From Octopus bimaculoides (taxonomy: Eukaryota), in NCBI RefSeq assembly GCF_001194135.2, contig NC_068981.1:28950890-29014889 (forward strand): a stretch of DNA of 64,000 nt, written 5' to 3'. The translations under genes were made by a program, and so were the position numbers. Position 1 is the first letter of the stretch. Each line of letters begins with the position of its first letter. Below are positions 1 to 11,848 of this stretch, piece after piece. The notes under the pieces are model-generated. The model was not told the origin of the DNA. It searched no databases and saw only the letters and a list, made by a program, of their open reading frames with translations.

Positions 1-377
1 CAGTGGTTAGGGAAGCGGACACGCGGTCATAGGATCGCGGTTTCGATTCCCAGACCGGGCGTTGTGAATGTTTATTGAGCGAAAACACCTAAAGCCCCAC
101 CAGGCTCCGGCAGGGGATGGTAGCGAAACCTGCTGTACTCTTTCACCATAACTTTCTCTCACTCTTACTTCCTGTTTTCTGCTGTGCCTGTAATTCAAAG
201 GGTCAGCCTTGTCACACTGTGTCACGCTGAATATCCCCGAGAACTACGTTAAGGGTACACGTGTCTGTGGAGTGCTCAGCCACTTGCACGTTAATTACAT
301 GAGTAGGCTGTTCCGTTGATCGGATCAACTGGAACCCTCGACGTCGCAAGCGACGGAGTGCCAACAACAACAACAAC
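1..377 (+). mobile_element. tRNA-derived SINE, family C (5' end cut by window edge)
   Basis: tRNA-like head with B-box GGTTTCGATTCC; ends ...GCGACGGAGTGCC(AAC)n; near-identical copy at 59709-60150. Confidence 0.85.
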
Positions 378-541
378 ATATATGTATGTATGTATCTATG
401 TATCTATGTATGCATGCATGTATGTATCTATGTATTTAGATCTGTATTTATTTATATATACAGGAATTTGTTCCTATCTCTTCAGAAAAACTGCTAGATT
501 TATAGATCTGCTTTAGACATAATGAACTTAACACATTCATT

Positions 542-572
<31 letters not shown>

Positions 573-947
573 TTCATCATTTCTTCATTCAGTGAGGTAT
601 TTTCTCTTAAACGGCTTCCTATAATTTAGTGGAAGTTCTATATTTAATTCATCTATTTATTTTTCTCTATTCCGGTCCTGGCATATATAGCCTGCCAAAC
701 GTTGCTGCATTTGCCCACGGCTAATGGACCATACCAAACCTATCACCTCTCATACCAATGCAGATGGATATGATATACTTCAAGATTTCAAGATTTCGAT
801 GCAGTCTGAAAGACAAGTTTGGCTAATGATGATGCTTAAAGATATACTCAAAAATAACTCAGACGTTCTAGATTGTTTTCACCAGCTTCGTGTATGAAGT
901 TTACGTACGATACTAGCTCAATTTTCATTCTATGTATTAAGTATTAA

Positions 948-986
<39 letters not shown>

Positions 987-1160
987 ATCTTATCCCTACA
1001 ACCCACACAAAACAAGAAATTAAAATATCATCATTTCTAAAAATAGATTTAACATCAATTCTAAAAATAGCCAAACACCTACTGCTGCCGTCCAAAGGAA
1101 TTGGTATAAAAGACAGAAAACCAGCCAACTTATTACAGTCTGTTAAAGTCTGTCATACCG

Positions 1161-1198
1161 GCCATGACGAAGGGAAATAGCCCTGAAACTCGAGTCGC
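1161..1198 (+). ncRNA. Minimal hammerhead-ribozyme-like motif (Penelope-like element end remnant)
   Basis: GGC-CATGACGA-[AGGG aaatag CCCT]-GAAAC-TCGA-GTC-GCC: stem II, GAAA, 2-bp stem III with palindromic TCGA loop, GUC triplet, GGC/GCC stem I. The core has one extra/variant base relative to CUGANGA. Confidence 0.6.
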
Positions 1199-1498
1199 CT
1201 TTATATATATATTTATATTTATATATTTATATATTTGATCCTTTATATTGAACACTCAATATTTCATCTACATTCAATACTTTCTTTCATGGTGCCATCC
1301 ATTTTTATGTTATTTTATTTTATATTGTATATTGTATATCATATTATATATTCCATATTCTATACCCCACATTAGTTCTGCAGGAATATAAATAAGACAT
1401 AAAAAACAGACAGTGTTGGAACTCTTTTAAGCAAAATAATATATTCCTCTATACACAATCATACAAAAAAACCCACCTTTTTTGTATTTATTTTTACT

Positions 1499-1532
<34 letters not shown>

Positions 1533-1740
1533 TACAAATATGAGTGTAGTCACATGTGTGTGTTTGTGTGTGTGGACGTGTGTCTATGTGTATGCATTCG
1601 CTCACTTCATTCAACTTCAACTTTTCTTGTTTCTACTTTCGAAAATTCTATATCAAAAGGCATGCTTTCTGTTAACATAATTGAAATGCAGTAATTTAAA
1701 GAGTAAACAAATGATTACGTGTATGTGTGTGCTTCCGAGC

Positions 1741-3213
1741 ACGTGCTGCATGTGGTAAGAAGCTTGCTTCCTAATCACATGGTTCCGAGTTCAGTTCCAT
1801 TACGTGAAACTTTGGGCAAGTGTCTTCTACTACTGTGTCTCGGACCGACCAATGCCCTGTGGGTGGATTTGGTATACAGAAGCTGAAAGTAGCTTGTCGT
1901 ATATATACATATATATATTTGTGTGTCTGTATATATGTGTGTATGTATATATGTGTGTATGTAAATATGTGTATACATATATGTGTATATATATATGTGT
2001 ATGTATATATAATTATCAAAGTTGAGATTTAAGCCCAGGTAGATATAAAGTAAGTCTCAGAAAAGGACCGAAGGACATAGTATTTCCAACAATTACATTT
2101 GTCTTAATGCATGATGTACATAGGTACATAGAATATATAACAAAGTTAACAATGGAAAATTGGTGTGTTAATTAATTATTTATTTACTCTAATATCTATA
2201 AGATCCATAAAATATCGACATTAACAAGTAAAAAAAATATCCAACACGTGTCTCAGCTGATTTACCAAAAGCATATGCGTTTATAATTGTATAATTAAAT
2301 AATTAAATAATTAATCACTACAATCTATTTAGTAAAACAGCTTCATCAGAAAATTTAAGAGAATGTTCCTAGTTACACCATTTGAAATTGTCATATAGGT
2401 AAATTCATGATTAAAATGAAAGGATCGCCATTTCAATCTATGGCATAAAGAAATTAGTTTTCTCAAGTATGCTACGCATATATTCCCTACAGGAAGATAT
2501 AAGTATATCCTTAAGTGAGGTCTTGAAATATATCTTCTCCATTGTATAAATATATTACCAATAGCACCTTTATCACAATAGGTTAAAATGTGTGTGTGTG
2601 CACGTGTATGTATGTAAGGTGTATATGTGTATAACAATTTCAAATGGTGTTTCTAGGAACATTCTCTTAAATTTTGTGATGAAGCTGTTTTACTAAATAG
2701 ATTGTAGTGATTAATTATTTAATTATTTAATTATACAATTATAAACGCACATGCTTTTGGTAAATCAGCTGAGACACGTGTTGGATATTTTGAAACTGTT
2801 TTACTAAATAGAATGTATTGATTATTATTTAATTATTTAATTATATAATTATTAATGCATATGCTCTTGGTAAATCAGCTCAAACACGTGTCGGATATTT
2901 TATTTATTTATTAATGTCTATATTTTATGGTTTTTATAGATATTAGAAAAAATAATTGATGTATCAATTTTCCATAATTAACTTTGTTATATACGTATGT
3001 ATGTATGTGTGTGTGTCTTTGTTTGTCCTCCCATCGTCGTCTGACAACCGGTGTTGGTGTGTTTGCGTCCCCGTAACCTTAGCAGTTCGGCAAAGAGACC
3101 GATAGAATAGGTACTAGGACTTAAAACAATAAGTCTTGGGGTGGAATTCTTCGACAAAACACTTTAAGGCAGTGCTCCAGCATGGCGCAGTTAAATGACA
3201 AGCAAAATAAAAG
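1741..3213 (+). mobile_element. SINE family A, split: head 1741-1900, tail ~3010-3213, with a foreign inverted-repeat element in the central microsatellite
   Basis: Head (TGTGGTAAGAAGCTTGCTT...GGGCAAGTGTCTTCTACT...) and tail (...GACAACCGGTGTTGGTGTG...CCAGCATGG) match the two halves of the intact copy at 15350-15780. Confidence 0.7.
2125..3001. mobile_element. Foldback/MITE-like element with ~265-bp inverted arms
   Basis: 2130-2395 is the reverse complement of 2630-2995 (e.g. TATATAACAAAGTTAA / TTAACTTTGTTATATA; CAACACGTGTCTCAGCTGATTTACC / GGTAAATCAGCTGAGACACGTGTTG). The right arm carries a ~115-bp tandem duplication. Non-coding spacer. Confidence 0.75.
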
Positions 3214-3384
3214 AATTAAAGAATATGTATACATGCCCATGCATATACGTTTGTGTGTGCATGTGTGTGCGCGTATGTGTGTGTGTATGTTTGTGTAAGT
3301 AATGTGTTAACGTGTGTAGGAATAAAAGTGTGTTCAAGTGATGCTTTAATATCAAAATACGTTAAATACAAAAGGTGATATAGT

Positions 3385-3530
3385 AAAATTAGTTCTACGA
3401 GATGTGGAGGAGCATCCGATGCGAAAGATGAGTTGGTGTTCCTTGTGAAAGCGAGATATGATTGCACGGTGCTAAAAGATGCCACAGACTGAAAGTTGGG
3501 AAATGGAGTGAAATGATGAACTAAAGTTAC
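3385..3530 (+). pseudogene. Possible degenerate RTE-type LINE RT C-terminal fragment
   Basis: Weak conceptual translation (...AKRCHRLKVG...) resembling the region after RWxGHV; recognised by eye only. Confidence 0.25.
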
Positions 3531-5915
3531 AAGCAACAAGCGATACAGTGTTATGTGAGTGAATATTTCTTAGGCTTTCTGCGAAGCGATTGGCTATAAT
3601 TCGCAGACCGTCCATCCTATATCTAAATCAGAGTCTTTATATAGTAAACTGAACTTGACATCTGTTCTGCAGTAGAATGGTCACATGGTCAAGGGACCAA
3701 TTCCATCACCAGCCAAGGGATAAATCAATGATTCTAAACAGACTTACGACTCCAGATTAAGAATGAAGTTACACTGTTTTCCTGTTATTTCGTATCAACT
3801 ACACTGCATGTCCAACTTCCCGTTCAATTGCCCTTCCATATAGGAAGATAGAACTGTGTCTGCTCTTTTGTTCTAGATGTACAAGTAATCAAATATCGTT
3901 CAATGCGAAGCTTAGGCTGAAAGTTCGATTCCAGTTAGCTTGCTATAATATACTACAATGATGATAAAAATATTTTTCCGTTTACCTGAAGTAATCTCCA
4001 AGTGTAGAACGAAACATGATGAAGAAAATAAAGAATCAGGTAGGAAAGAATATTTCTATTTAGCTCTTTTTTTTATCTACATCATATTTAGACGCTTGTT
4101 TCAATAATGTACCTCATAAGCATTTCTGATTGATAACATGCATATTATAAGTAGCCATCAATTAAAAATTATACTTAACTTAGGTATGAAGGAATAATAT
4201 ATTGAGATAAAGATTCTAGTTGCGATACTTTCGTACAATGAGATGGGGGAATTCAGTAATATTTGAAAGTTTTTAACCGGTACATTCATTCAAGCAGGAT
4301 AGTTTTAACTTAGTAAAGCTAAAACCAACATCTGTTGTATAATTATACTGCCATGTAACAAAAATCCCACCTCCCAACAAAAATTTAAATTTATGTTATA
4401 TAAACATAGATACATGGGTGTGGGTGTGTGTGCGTGCGTGTGTGTGTGCGTATGTGTATGCATGCGTATTTATGTGTGATGTGCAGTTAGAAACGATATC
4501 GAATGTCATTGTACTTTTAATTCATTTTTATATATTTAGAAAAAACTTTTTATTATTACATTTGTAAACAGGCACATTTTAAAAGTGTATACATACCATC
4601 TGCAAGTCACCTAAGCTTAATCAGTTTCAGAGTTTTAAAAGCTGAATAAAATTTTTGCAGATAGTGGATTACTCATGTTCAAAATAAAAGAATCTGAAAA
4701 CTGCAAAATGACTACTTACGAAGTTTGGTTTTAAAACTGAACACATAAACGTGAGCTGCATTATAATAATATAATATTGCCTACATACATTTCTAGACTA
4801 ATAAACATTTATCGAGATTTTATAATGATGACGAATGCGTCTTGTATACCGTGTAATTTCCGCGGGTTATTGTTTAGTCTCAAATTTTTATTTGATTTAT
4901 TACAGCATATTTCATTTAAAATTATTTATTTAAAGTCTTATTCATCGTAGTCTGAATATTTCTACAGCTGTTAAAATTCTACTGAGCGAAATTGTTTGCG
5001 GCAAAAGCAAATTTTTCCAAGCTTCTCACATCTGAGCATTGGCTGAAGACGAGTTTGAAATATTTTCTTATTCAGTTTTTTTCTTCTGGGTTTGATTTAT
5101 TTTATTTTGTATTCAAGGCTTTTTCATGTAATGCATTCTTTATAGTTTCAATGTTGTCATCGTAAGTTCCATTTAGAATTCTTGTAAAATAGCCTACGGA
5201 TTTTCAAACTCTTGCTATACTTCGTTGGATTATATTAAGAATCTCATCTAATTCCTTGTTAATAAAAAGTTCTTTGCTAGTTACAGAGAATCGTTTATTG
5301 TTTTAAATTTTGAATAGCCCTCTCTGAACCTTCCTTCCACGGCAAAGCTAGTGTAAATGAAAGAAATCTATTCTGTACGTTCGTTTGCATTAAATTGCTT
5401 CTGACTATTCTGGGCTTCTGTCAAAGTTCTTGAATAAATTATTCTTCGTCAAAAAATTCTGTAAACTGCTTTTTTGAGTGAAATGACCGTAAAGGCAAGA
5501 AAATACTTTGACAATTTCTATCCGTGTGCCAAGACTGTTTCACTTTAATTTCAAATCTACATATACAACAGCTTGTTGAAAATATCATCTATATTAGAAG
5601 TATAATGAACCAGTAAACTTTTGATGCATTAGAATCTCTCTTTTTTGGTCTTGTTCCTATTAGTAAAACAAAACAAAAAAATGTCATGCTTCGCTCTTGG
5701 AAGTTTTAATTCTCTGGCACCATTTAATTTTTAAACAAATCAGTATTCTTGGTAATTACGTGGTACTAGATATTTTTTCTCCGGATCATAAATATTCCTA
5801 ATAGAATAATCGGTAATGAATTTTGGTCATTTTGACTGATAAAAGAAAAAGAGAACCTCTACATATTTTACGTCGCAACAGATCCGTTATTTACTCAATA
5901 TCTACTCACACTCAA

Positions 5916-6135
5916 TGCGGCGAGCTGGTAGAAATGTTAGCACGCCGGACGAAATGCTTAGCGGTATTTCGACTGTCTTTATTCTCTGAGTTCAAATTTT
6001 GCCGAGATCGACTCTGCCTTTTATCCTTTCGGGGTCGATAAATTAAGTACCAGTTGCGTACTGAGGTCGATCTAATCGATTGGTCCCTTTTCCCAAAGAA
6101 CTTTCAAGGCCTTGTGCCTAAAGGAGAAATAATTA
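5916..6135 (+). mobile_element. SINE family B
   Basis: GCGGCGAGCTGG head, B-box GAGTTCAAAT, central GCCTTTTATCCTTTCGGGGTCGATAAATTAAGTACCAG. Confidence 0.85.
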
Positions 6136-6139
6136 TTTT

Positions 6140-6302
6140 AAGGCGGCAAGCCGGCACAAGCGTTAGCATACCGGGCGAAATGCTTAGCGGTGTTTCGTCT
6201 GCCTTTACATTCTCAGTTCAAATTCCACTGAGGTCGACTTTGCCTTTCATCCTTTCAGTGTCGATATTTTAAGTACCAGTTACGTGCTGGTGTCGATCTA
6301 AC
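6140..6302 (+). mobile_element. SINE family B, tandem second copy running into a gap
   Basis: Same head and central motif as 5916-6135. Confidence 0.8.
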
Positions 6303-6432
6303 NNNNNNNNNNNNNNNNNNNNNNNNNNNNNNNNNNNNNNNNNNNNNNNNNNNNNNNNNNNNNNNNNNNNNNNNNNNNNNNNNNNNNNNNNNNNNNNNNN
6401 NNNNNNNNNNNNNNNNNNNNNNNNNNNNNNNN

Positions 6433-7500
6433 CAACAGCGGTCCATTAAATGAAACTTGCTTATAAACCAACATTTCGGTCCTACCTCAGGTTAACTATC
6501 TTCACCAATCGAAAAAATATATGACAAATAACTCCCCACCCAGTATGTGATCTCTTAAACAATCAATCAGGAAGATAGTTCAATGTAGTTTTAATAGAAT
6601 TATATAATAGTATTAGATTCAGATATTAGCCAAGGACAAAAACGTAAAGAATATTACCTTAAAAAGGATTAGACAGGCCACATATTAAATAAAATAAATC
6701 TCTAAATCTTTAACACGGAAAAAATCCAATTACACCTATAGATAAGAGTATCATATTATCTCCCCTTGTATTCAACCTCTCAAATGATATTAGTCTTGAA
6801 TTTTTATAGTGTAGTGTATTTTTCCCATAATACTTAGCGCAGGACAGACGGTGCAGCCATTTGCACAGGTTAAAGAAGGAGTAAACATGCAGATGAGTAG
6901 CTTTCTTTCTTAATTGTGGTAAATGGTTTCATTTACTAGTTTTATTAATACATTTATCACACATATAGAGGTTTCTTACTGTTTAAATATTATTAACTTA
7001 CGTTTGTCGTAATAGTGGTAATATATACTAGTATTGATAGGGGTAAATTTCACTATAAATTATTAATTTCCGTAATGCTTATATAGAAAGGCGGTTTAAT
7101 TTGACGTGTTTATAAAATAGTCGTTGAGGGTTTCTTTATGTTTAGCACTTTCTATATACATATATTGCTATTGTATTTTTAGGTGTTTAATTTAATTTTA
7201 TTAAATTTTTATGAATTTTTAAAAAGTTTATAGCTTTAAAATATTTTAAATTTTGTAAAAATATATTAGGAAGTTATATGTATATATTATTATTTTTATT
7301 ATTATTTTTAATGAATATATCTTAGAATTTGTAAGATTAAGTTGAATCCGTTGAAAATAATAATAAAAAGAGTAAAATAGCCTGATGATGCATAGTGGTT
7401 TTATGTATTAGATATAGCCTGGTAAAACAAACCACCAGCGCTGAAACACGTGTAGCATTGATTAAAATTATCTTCTTTCCCCACAGACTAATAACAGGTA
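6433..7500 (+). mobile_element. Degenerate Penelope-like element 3' region (possible GIY-YIG remnant plus pseudo-LTR end)
   Basis: Frameshifted VVY...GQT...VKE motif at ~6810-6880 (weak), followed by a hammerhead motif at 7377-7456, ATTAAA at 7461 and a CAG|GTAAG donor at 7495-7502. Confidence 0.4.
7377..7456 (+). ncRNA. Minimal hammerhead-ribozyme-like motif
   Basis: Canonical CTGATGA (7382-7388); extended stem II (GTGGTTT/AAACCAC); GAAAC (7443-7447); palindromic ACGT loop; GUA triplet; short GC/GC stem I. Confidence 0.65.
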
Positions 7501-7706
7501 AGGTATATATATATTTTAAAACTATGTTTAAATAATTTATAATTAATTCTAATATACTTAATTCTTATTGTATGCTATAGTAGGCTTTAAAATGCTTTTA
7601 ACATTAGATTAGCATTTTAGATATAATTTTCTATGTGTACTCCATTGAAAAAGGTTGTCCTGAAATTGAAGTTGTGGTCCTAGTGGTAAAATCCCAAATT
7701 TGTAAT

Positions 7707-7708
7707 AA

Positions 7709-7757
<49 letters not shown>

Positions 7758-7962
7758 GTATATATATATGTATGTATGTATGTATATGTATGTATGTATG
7801 TATGTATGTATATATATGTATGTGTATGTATGTATGTATATATATGTATGTGTATGTATGTATGTATATATATATGTATGTATGTATGTATGTATATATA
7901 TATGTATGTATGTATATATATGTATGTGTATGTATATGTATGTATGTATGTATGTATGTATG
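7707..7962. repeat. (TA)n/(TATG)n microsatellite abutting a gap
   Basis: Direct reading of the sequence. Confidence 0.95.
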
Positions 7963-8734
7963 NNNNNNNNNNNNNNNNNNNNNNNNNNNNNNNNNNNNNN
8001 NNNNNNNNNNNNNNNNNNNNNNNNNNNNNNNNNNNNNNNNNNNNNNNNNNNNNNNNNNNNNNNNNNNNNNNNNNNNNNNNNNNNNNNNNNNNNNNNNNNN
8101 NNNNNNNNNNNNNNNNNNNNNNNNNNNNNNNNNNNNNNNNNNNNNNNNNNNNNNNNNNNNNNNNNNNNNNNNNNNNNNNNNNNNNNNNNNNNNNNNNNNN
8201 NNNNNNNNNNNNNNNNNNNNNNNNNNNNNNNNNNNNNNNNNNNNNNNNNNNNNNNNNNNNNNNNNNNNNNNNNNNNNNNNNNNNNNNNNNNNNNNNNNNN
8301 NNNNNNNNNNNNNNNNNNNNNNNNNNNNNNNNNNNNNNNNNNNNNNNNNNNNNNNNNNNNNNNNNNNNNNNNNNNNNNNNNNNNNNNNNNNNNNNNNNNN
8401 NNNNNNNNNNNNNNNNNNNNNNNNNNNNNNNNNNNNNNNNNNNNNNNNNNNNNNNNNNNNNNNNNNNNNNNNNNNNNNNNNNNNNNNNNNNNNNNNNNNN
8501 NNNNNNNNNNNNNNNNNNNNNNNNNNNNNNNNNNNNNNNNNNNNNNNNNNNNNNNNNNNNNNNNNNNNNNNNNNNNNNNNNNNNNNNNNNNNNNNNNNNN
8601 NNNNNNNNNNNNNNNNNNNNNNNNNNNNNNNNNNNNNNNNNNNNNNNNNNNNNNNNNNNNNNNNNNNNNNNNNNNNNNNNNNNNNNNNNNNNNNNNNNNN
8701 NNNNNNNNNNNNNNNNNNNNNNNNNNNNNNNNNN

Positions 8735-9034
8735 GTCTGTGACAGACCATGTCTGTCCTTGGCTGGCCTCAAATCTCACCTGCGAGGCCATGGAAAACAA
8801 ACCTCACCCAGCTATTCTGATTATATGTCTGTGCACACGTTTGAATGTGGTGTGTGCCAGAGGGTTTGCAAATCCAATGGGGGTCTTAAAAGACATGTTA
8901 GGATCCACAATGAGCAGAACTTACTTGCAGGTATTGGTAGTGCAAATCAGAGGTGCAATCTGTGTGGGTCTTTTTTCAAAACACTGTCTGGTTTAAAAAG
9001 CCACATCAGACGCCATGAAAGGGCTAAGGTGTAG
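8735..9034 (+). CDS. C-terminal triple C2H2 zinc-finger end of a probable RTE-clade LINE ORF (5' part lost or in gap)
   Basis: Open frame VCDRPCLSLAGLKSHLRGH...CGVCQRVCKSNGGLKRHVRIH...CNLCGSFFKTLSGLKSHIRRHERAKV*. No TGEKP linkers. Followed by a short hairpin 3'UTR and a microsatellite tail. Confidence 0.7.
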   Translation, partial: VCDRPCLSLAGLKSHLRGHGKQTSPSYSDYMSVHTFECGVCQRVCKSNGGLKRHVRIHNEQNLLAGIGSANQRCNLCGSFFKTLSGLKSHIRRHERAKV

Positions 9035-9042
9035 GTGCAGGA

Positions 9043-9078
9043 GGTGGTCAAACTCTGTTTAAGGAGTAGACAACCACC
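9043..9078 (+). other. LINE 3'UTR stem-loop
   Basis: GGTGGT...ACTC...GAGT...ACCACC pairing immediately before a (TA/TG)n tail. Confidence 0.55.
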
Positions 9079-10029
9079 ATATATGTATATATATGTGTAT
9101 ACATATGTATATATATGTGTGTGTGTGTGGGTATAATTTTCACCTGGGATCACCCTATCTTAACATGCTCTATGATATTTTCCTGCTCTCAGCGCTGTTT
9201 ACCATGCTTCTTAATTTCACTGGTTTTGTCGATATGCTAAATTTCCTTTTTGGTGATTTCAATCGCCCTATAATTTTGGAAAAAATTACATATATTTCCC
9301 TGCTCCAATTCTGTCCGTGGGATTTGAACATCTACCTTCACCTCTTTGAACTTCGGATTAAAATTTGTCACCATAACAACTTTTCTTTCCTCCTTTCTTG
9401 TTTTTTTTAATTTTTTTTTAGTAGGCTTCTGCATTGATGCAGTAGCACAATAGAATCTTTCATTCGCGTAAAACACGCAGTAAGAATATGGAGACCAAAT
9501 TCCTGACGCAGAAGATTTCTATCACACCTTACAATTCTCACCTTAGCGATATCTCATGCACTTACTTAGAGTGACCACAAGAATTCAACAAGAGGCTATA
9601 GCAAAAATTTTACTGGAACTTCCCTGCAGCACCTTAATGGCATTATCACTAACCTCCTACACAGTATGATCTAAATCATAATACAATGCCTAGGCATTAT
9701 TTCGTAGGTCATCATACAGATTGCTAAGAGTTTCTTTCAGCGATGCTGCTATCAGGTTTCCTATAATTTCAAGTACATCTCCATACAGTTATGCATTCCC
9801 ACACTTGTAAATAACGACACCATGTATACGTACACACTCTCTCCTCCACACACTTATACATACATACATATATATATATGCATACATATATACATGCATG
9901 CATGCATAAATACATGCATACGTTCATGCATAATTGCATGCATACAGGCATACATATATACGTGCATACATAATACGTAAATACATACATGCATACGTTC
10001 ATGCATAATTGCATACATTCATGCATATA

Positions 10030-10924
10030 CGTGGTCTGATCAATAAGTATACGGACTGTTGCCAAAGTAACGAAGCTAATGCATGTAGGAGTAAAGCCGC
10101 ATGGCCCAGATTGACCTTGAACTCCGTTGTGGATGCGCAGTAAATTTTAACGTTCTAGCTCACTTCTGCTCTTTACAGCAGTGCTTGAAAGAAATGTGTG
10201 TAGCGTGTGATCGCCGCATTGAGCATGACAAAGAAATTTGTGCAGAGCATCTGCATCAAATTTTGCCAGAAACTTGGTGATACCTGCTCAGAGGCCTTCG
10301 CAAACCTTCCAAAAAGTTTTCATCATTCTCGACACAACGAAGTTCTTGTGCAAGTGAAACACGAGTGTCTCTTTGGTCAGCTGAAAGCAGTTTAGGAACA
10401 AACTTCGTAGACATGCGTCTCATACCCAAATCTTCAGTGATAATGGACTGAACTGAGCCGTAACTAATTTGCACATCCTCTGATAACTCACGAATGATGA
10501 TTCAGTGATGTTCCCTCATGGCTGCGGTCACATTCTGCAATATTTTTCTCAGTTCTGCTGGTTCAGGATCTCCCAGAGCGTTCGTCGCTATCGACATTTT
10601 TTCGGCCATCTTGGAAATGTCTGAAACACTCGTAAACTTGTGTGCGTCTCATACACTCCTCTCCATACACTTTCTACAACCTTGCGTAGGTCTCTTAGCA
10701 GGTATCACCAGAACAACGTTGTCTGTGATGGTTAATGCAACGATCACACGATACTCACCTTGCTTCCAAGCACTGCTATTAAACAATGGAAATAAGCTGG
10801 AACGTTAAAACTTAATGGGAATGCAGCGCAAAGTCCCAAGTCAATTTGTACCAAGCAGCTTCGCTCTGCATGCTTTTGTGCCACTATTATGGCATCAGTC
10901 CGGACACTTATTGATCATACCTTG
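10030..10924. mobile_element. Mariner-family derivative with two inward-facing 5' ends
   Basis: TA-flanked TIRs (CGTGGTCTGATCAATAAGTATACGGACTG / CAGTCCGGACACTTATTGATCATACCTTG). Transposase N-terminus ICIKFCQKLGDTCSE on + strand; N-terminal half to ...TKFVPKLLSADQ...ENFL on - strand. Confidence 0.85.
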
Positions 10925-11808
10925 TATACATATACGCATGCATGCATATATACACACATACATAAATGCATACATACATGCATTCATACATAGAAACATA
11001 CATACATGCATATATACATACATACATACATACATACATGTGTGTATGTGTGTAAGTGCACAGAAACACATAGATAGATAAATAGATAGACTGATAGATA
11101 AAAAGATATCGACTATAGTATATTATAACGCGTGTGTAAATTTGGATTTTTGCATATTGTAGGCCTATATATATATACATATATACATGTGTGTATATAT
11201 ATATATATATATTTATATAAGTATGTATGTATATATGTATGTATGCATTGCATGTACGCGGTTGTGTTCATTTATACTTTATGCGAGTGTGTATCAGTCT
11301 ATGTACGATTACACACACTCACACACATAAATGCATACGATACATAAGATCAGGGTTCATTTCCCTGTGTGCCTCTATGCATGATTATTGATGTGTGTTT
11401 GTGAATATGCCACTGTTTGTCGGCGCGCGCGCTTGTATAATTGTTTGTGCTCCTCCACAGAATTCTTTACGCATATGTGTGTATGTGCACTTGTCTGTGT
11501 GTGTTCATGTTCTTGCTTGTATTTGTACGAAACAACCCCCATCCCGCTTTCATGAAAGTACCTACTCGTATATGTTCTCCAACATACATTTTGGCATTTG
11601 TCTTTTATCAGTTTCCTGTGGTGTACTCGAGACGCTTATGTTTTATTTCTTCCTACACATATATACATACGCAATCACACACCTACATACATCTACATGC
11701 ATACAAAAATACATACGTCTATTCATATATATTTAAGTGTACACAAATAAATACACACACACANNNNNNNNNNNNNNNNNNNNNNNNNNNNNNNNNNNNN
11801 NNNNNNNN

Positions 11809-11848
<40 letters not shown>

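Noticed and set aside
7631-8800. Long ORFs of 300-450 aa in the track (also at 29919-30926, 35925-37081, 46643-47638, 55707-56732)
   Set aside because: They are produced by N runs and (TA)n/(CA)n repeats; not coding evidence.
9130-9476. GDFNRP on the + strand (APE-like) versus a LINE ORF1-like reading on the - strand
   Set aside because: Two incompatible weak readings with no second supporting motif; cannot be supported without a search.
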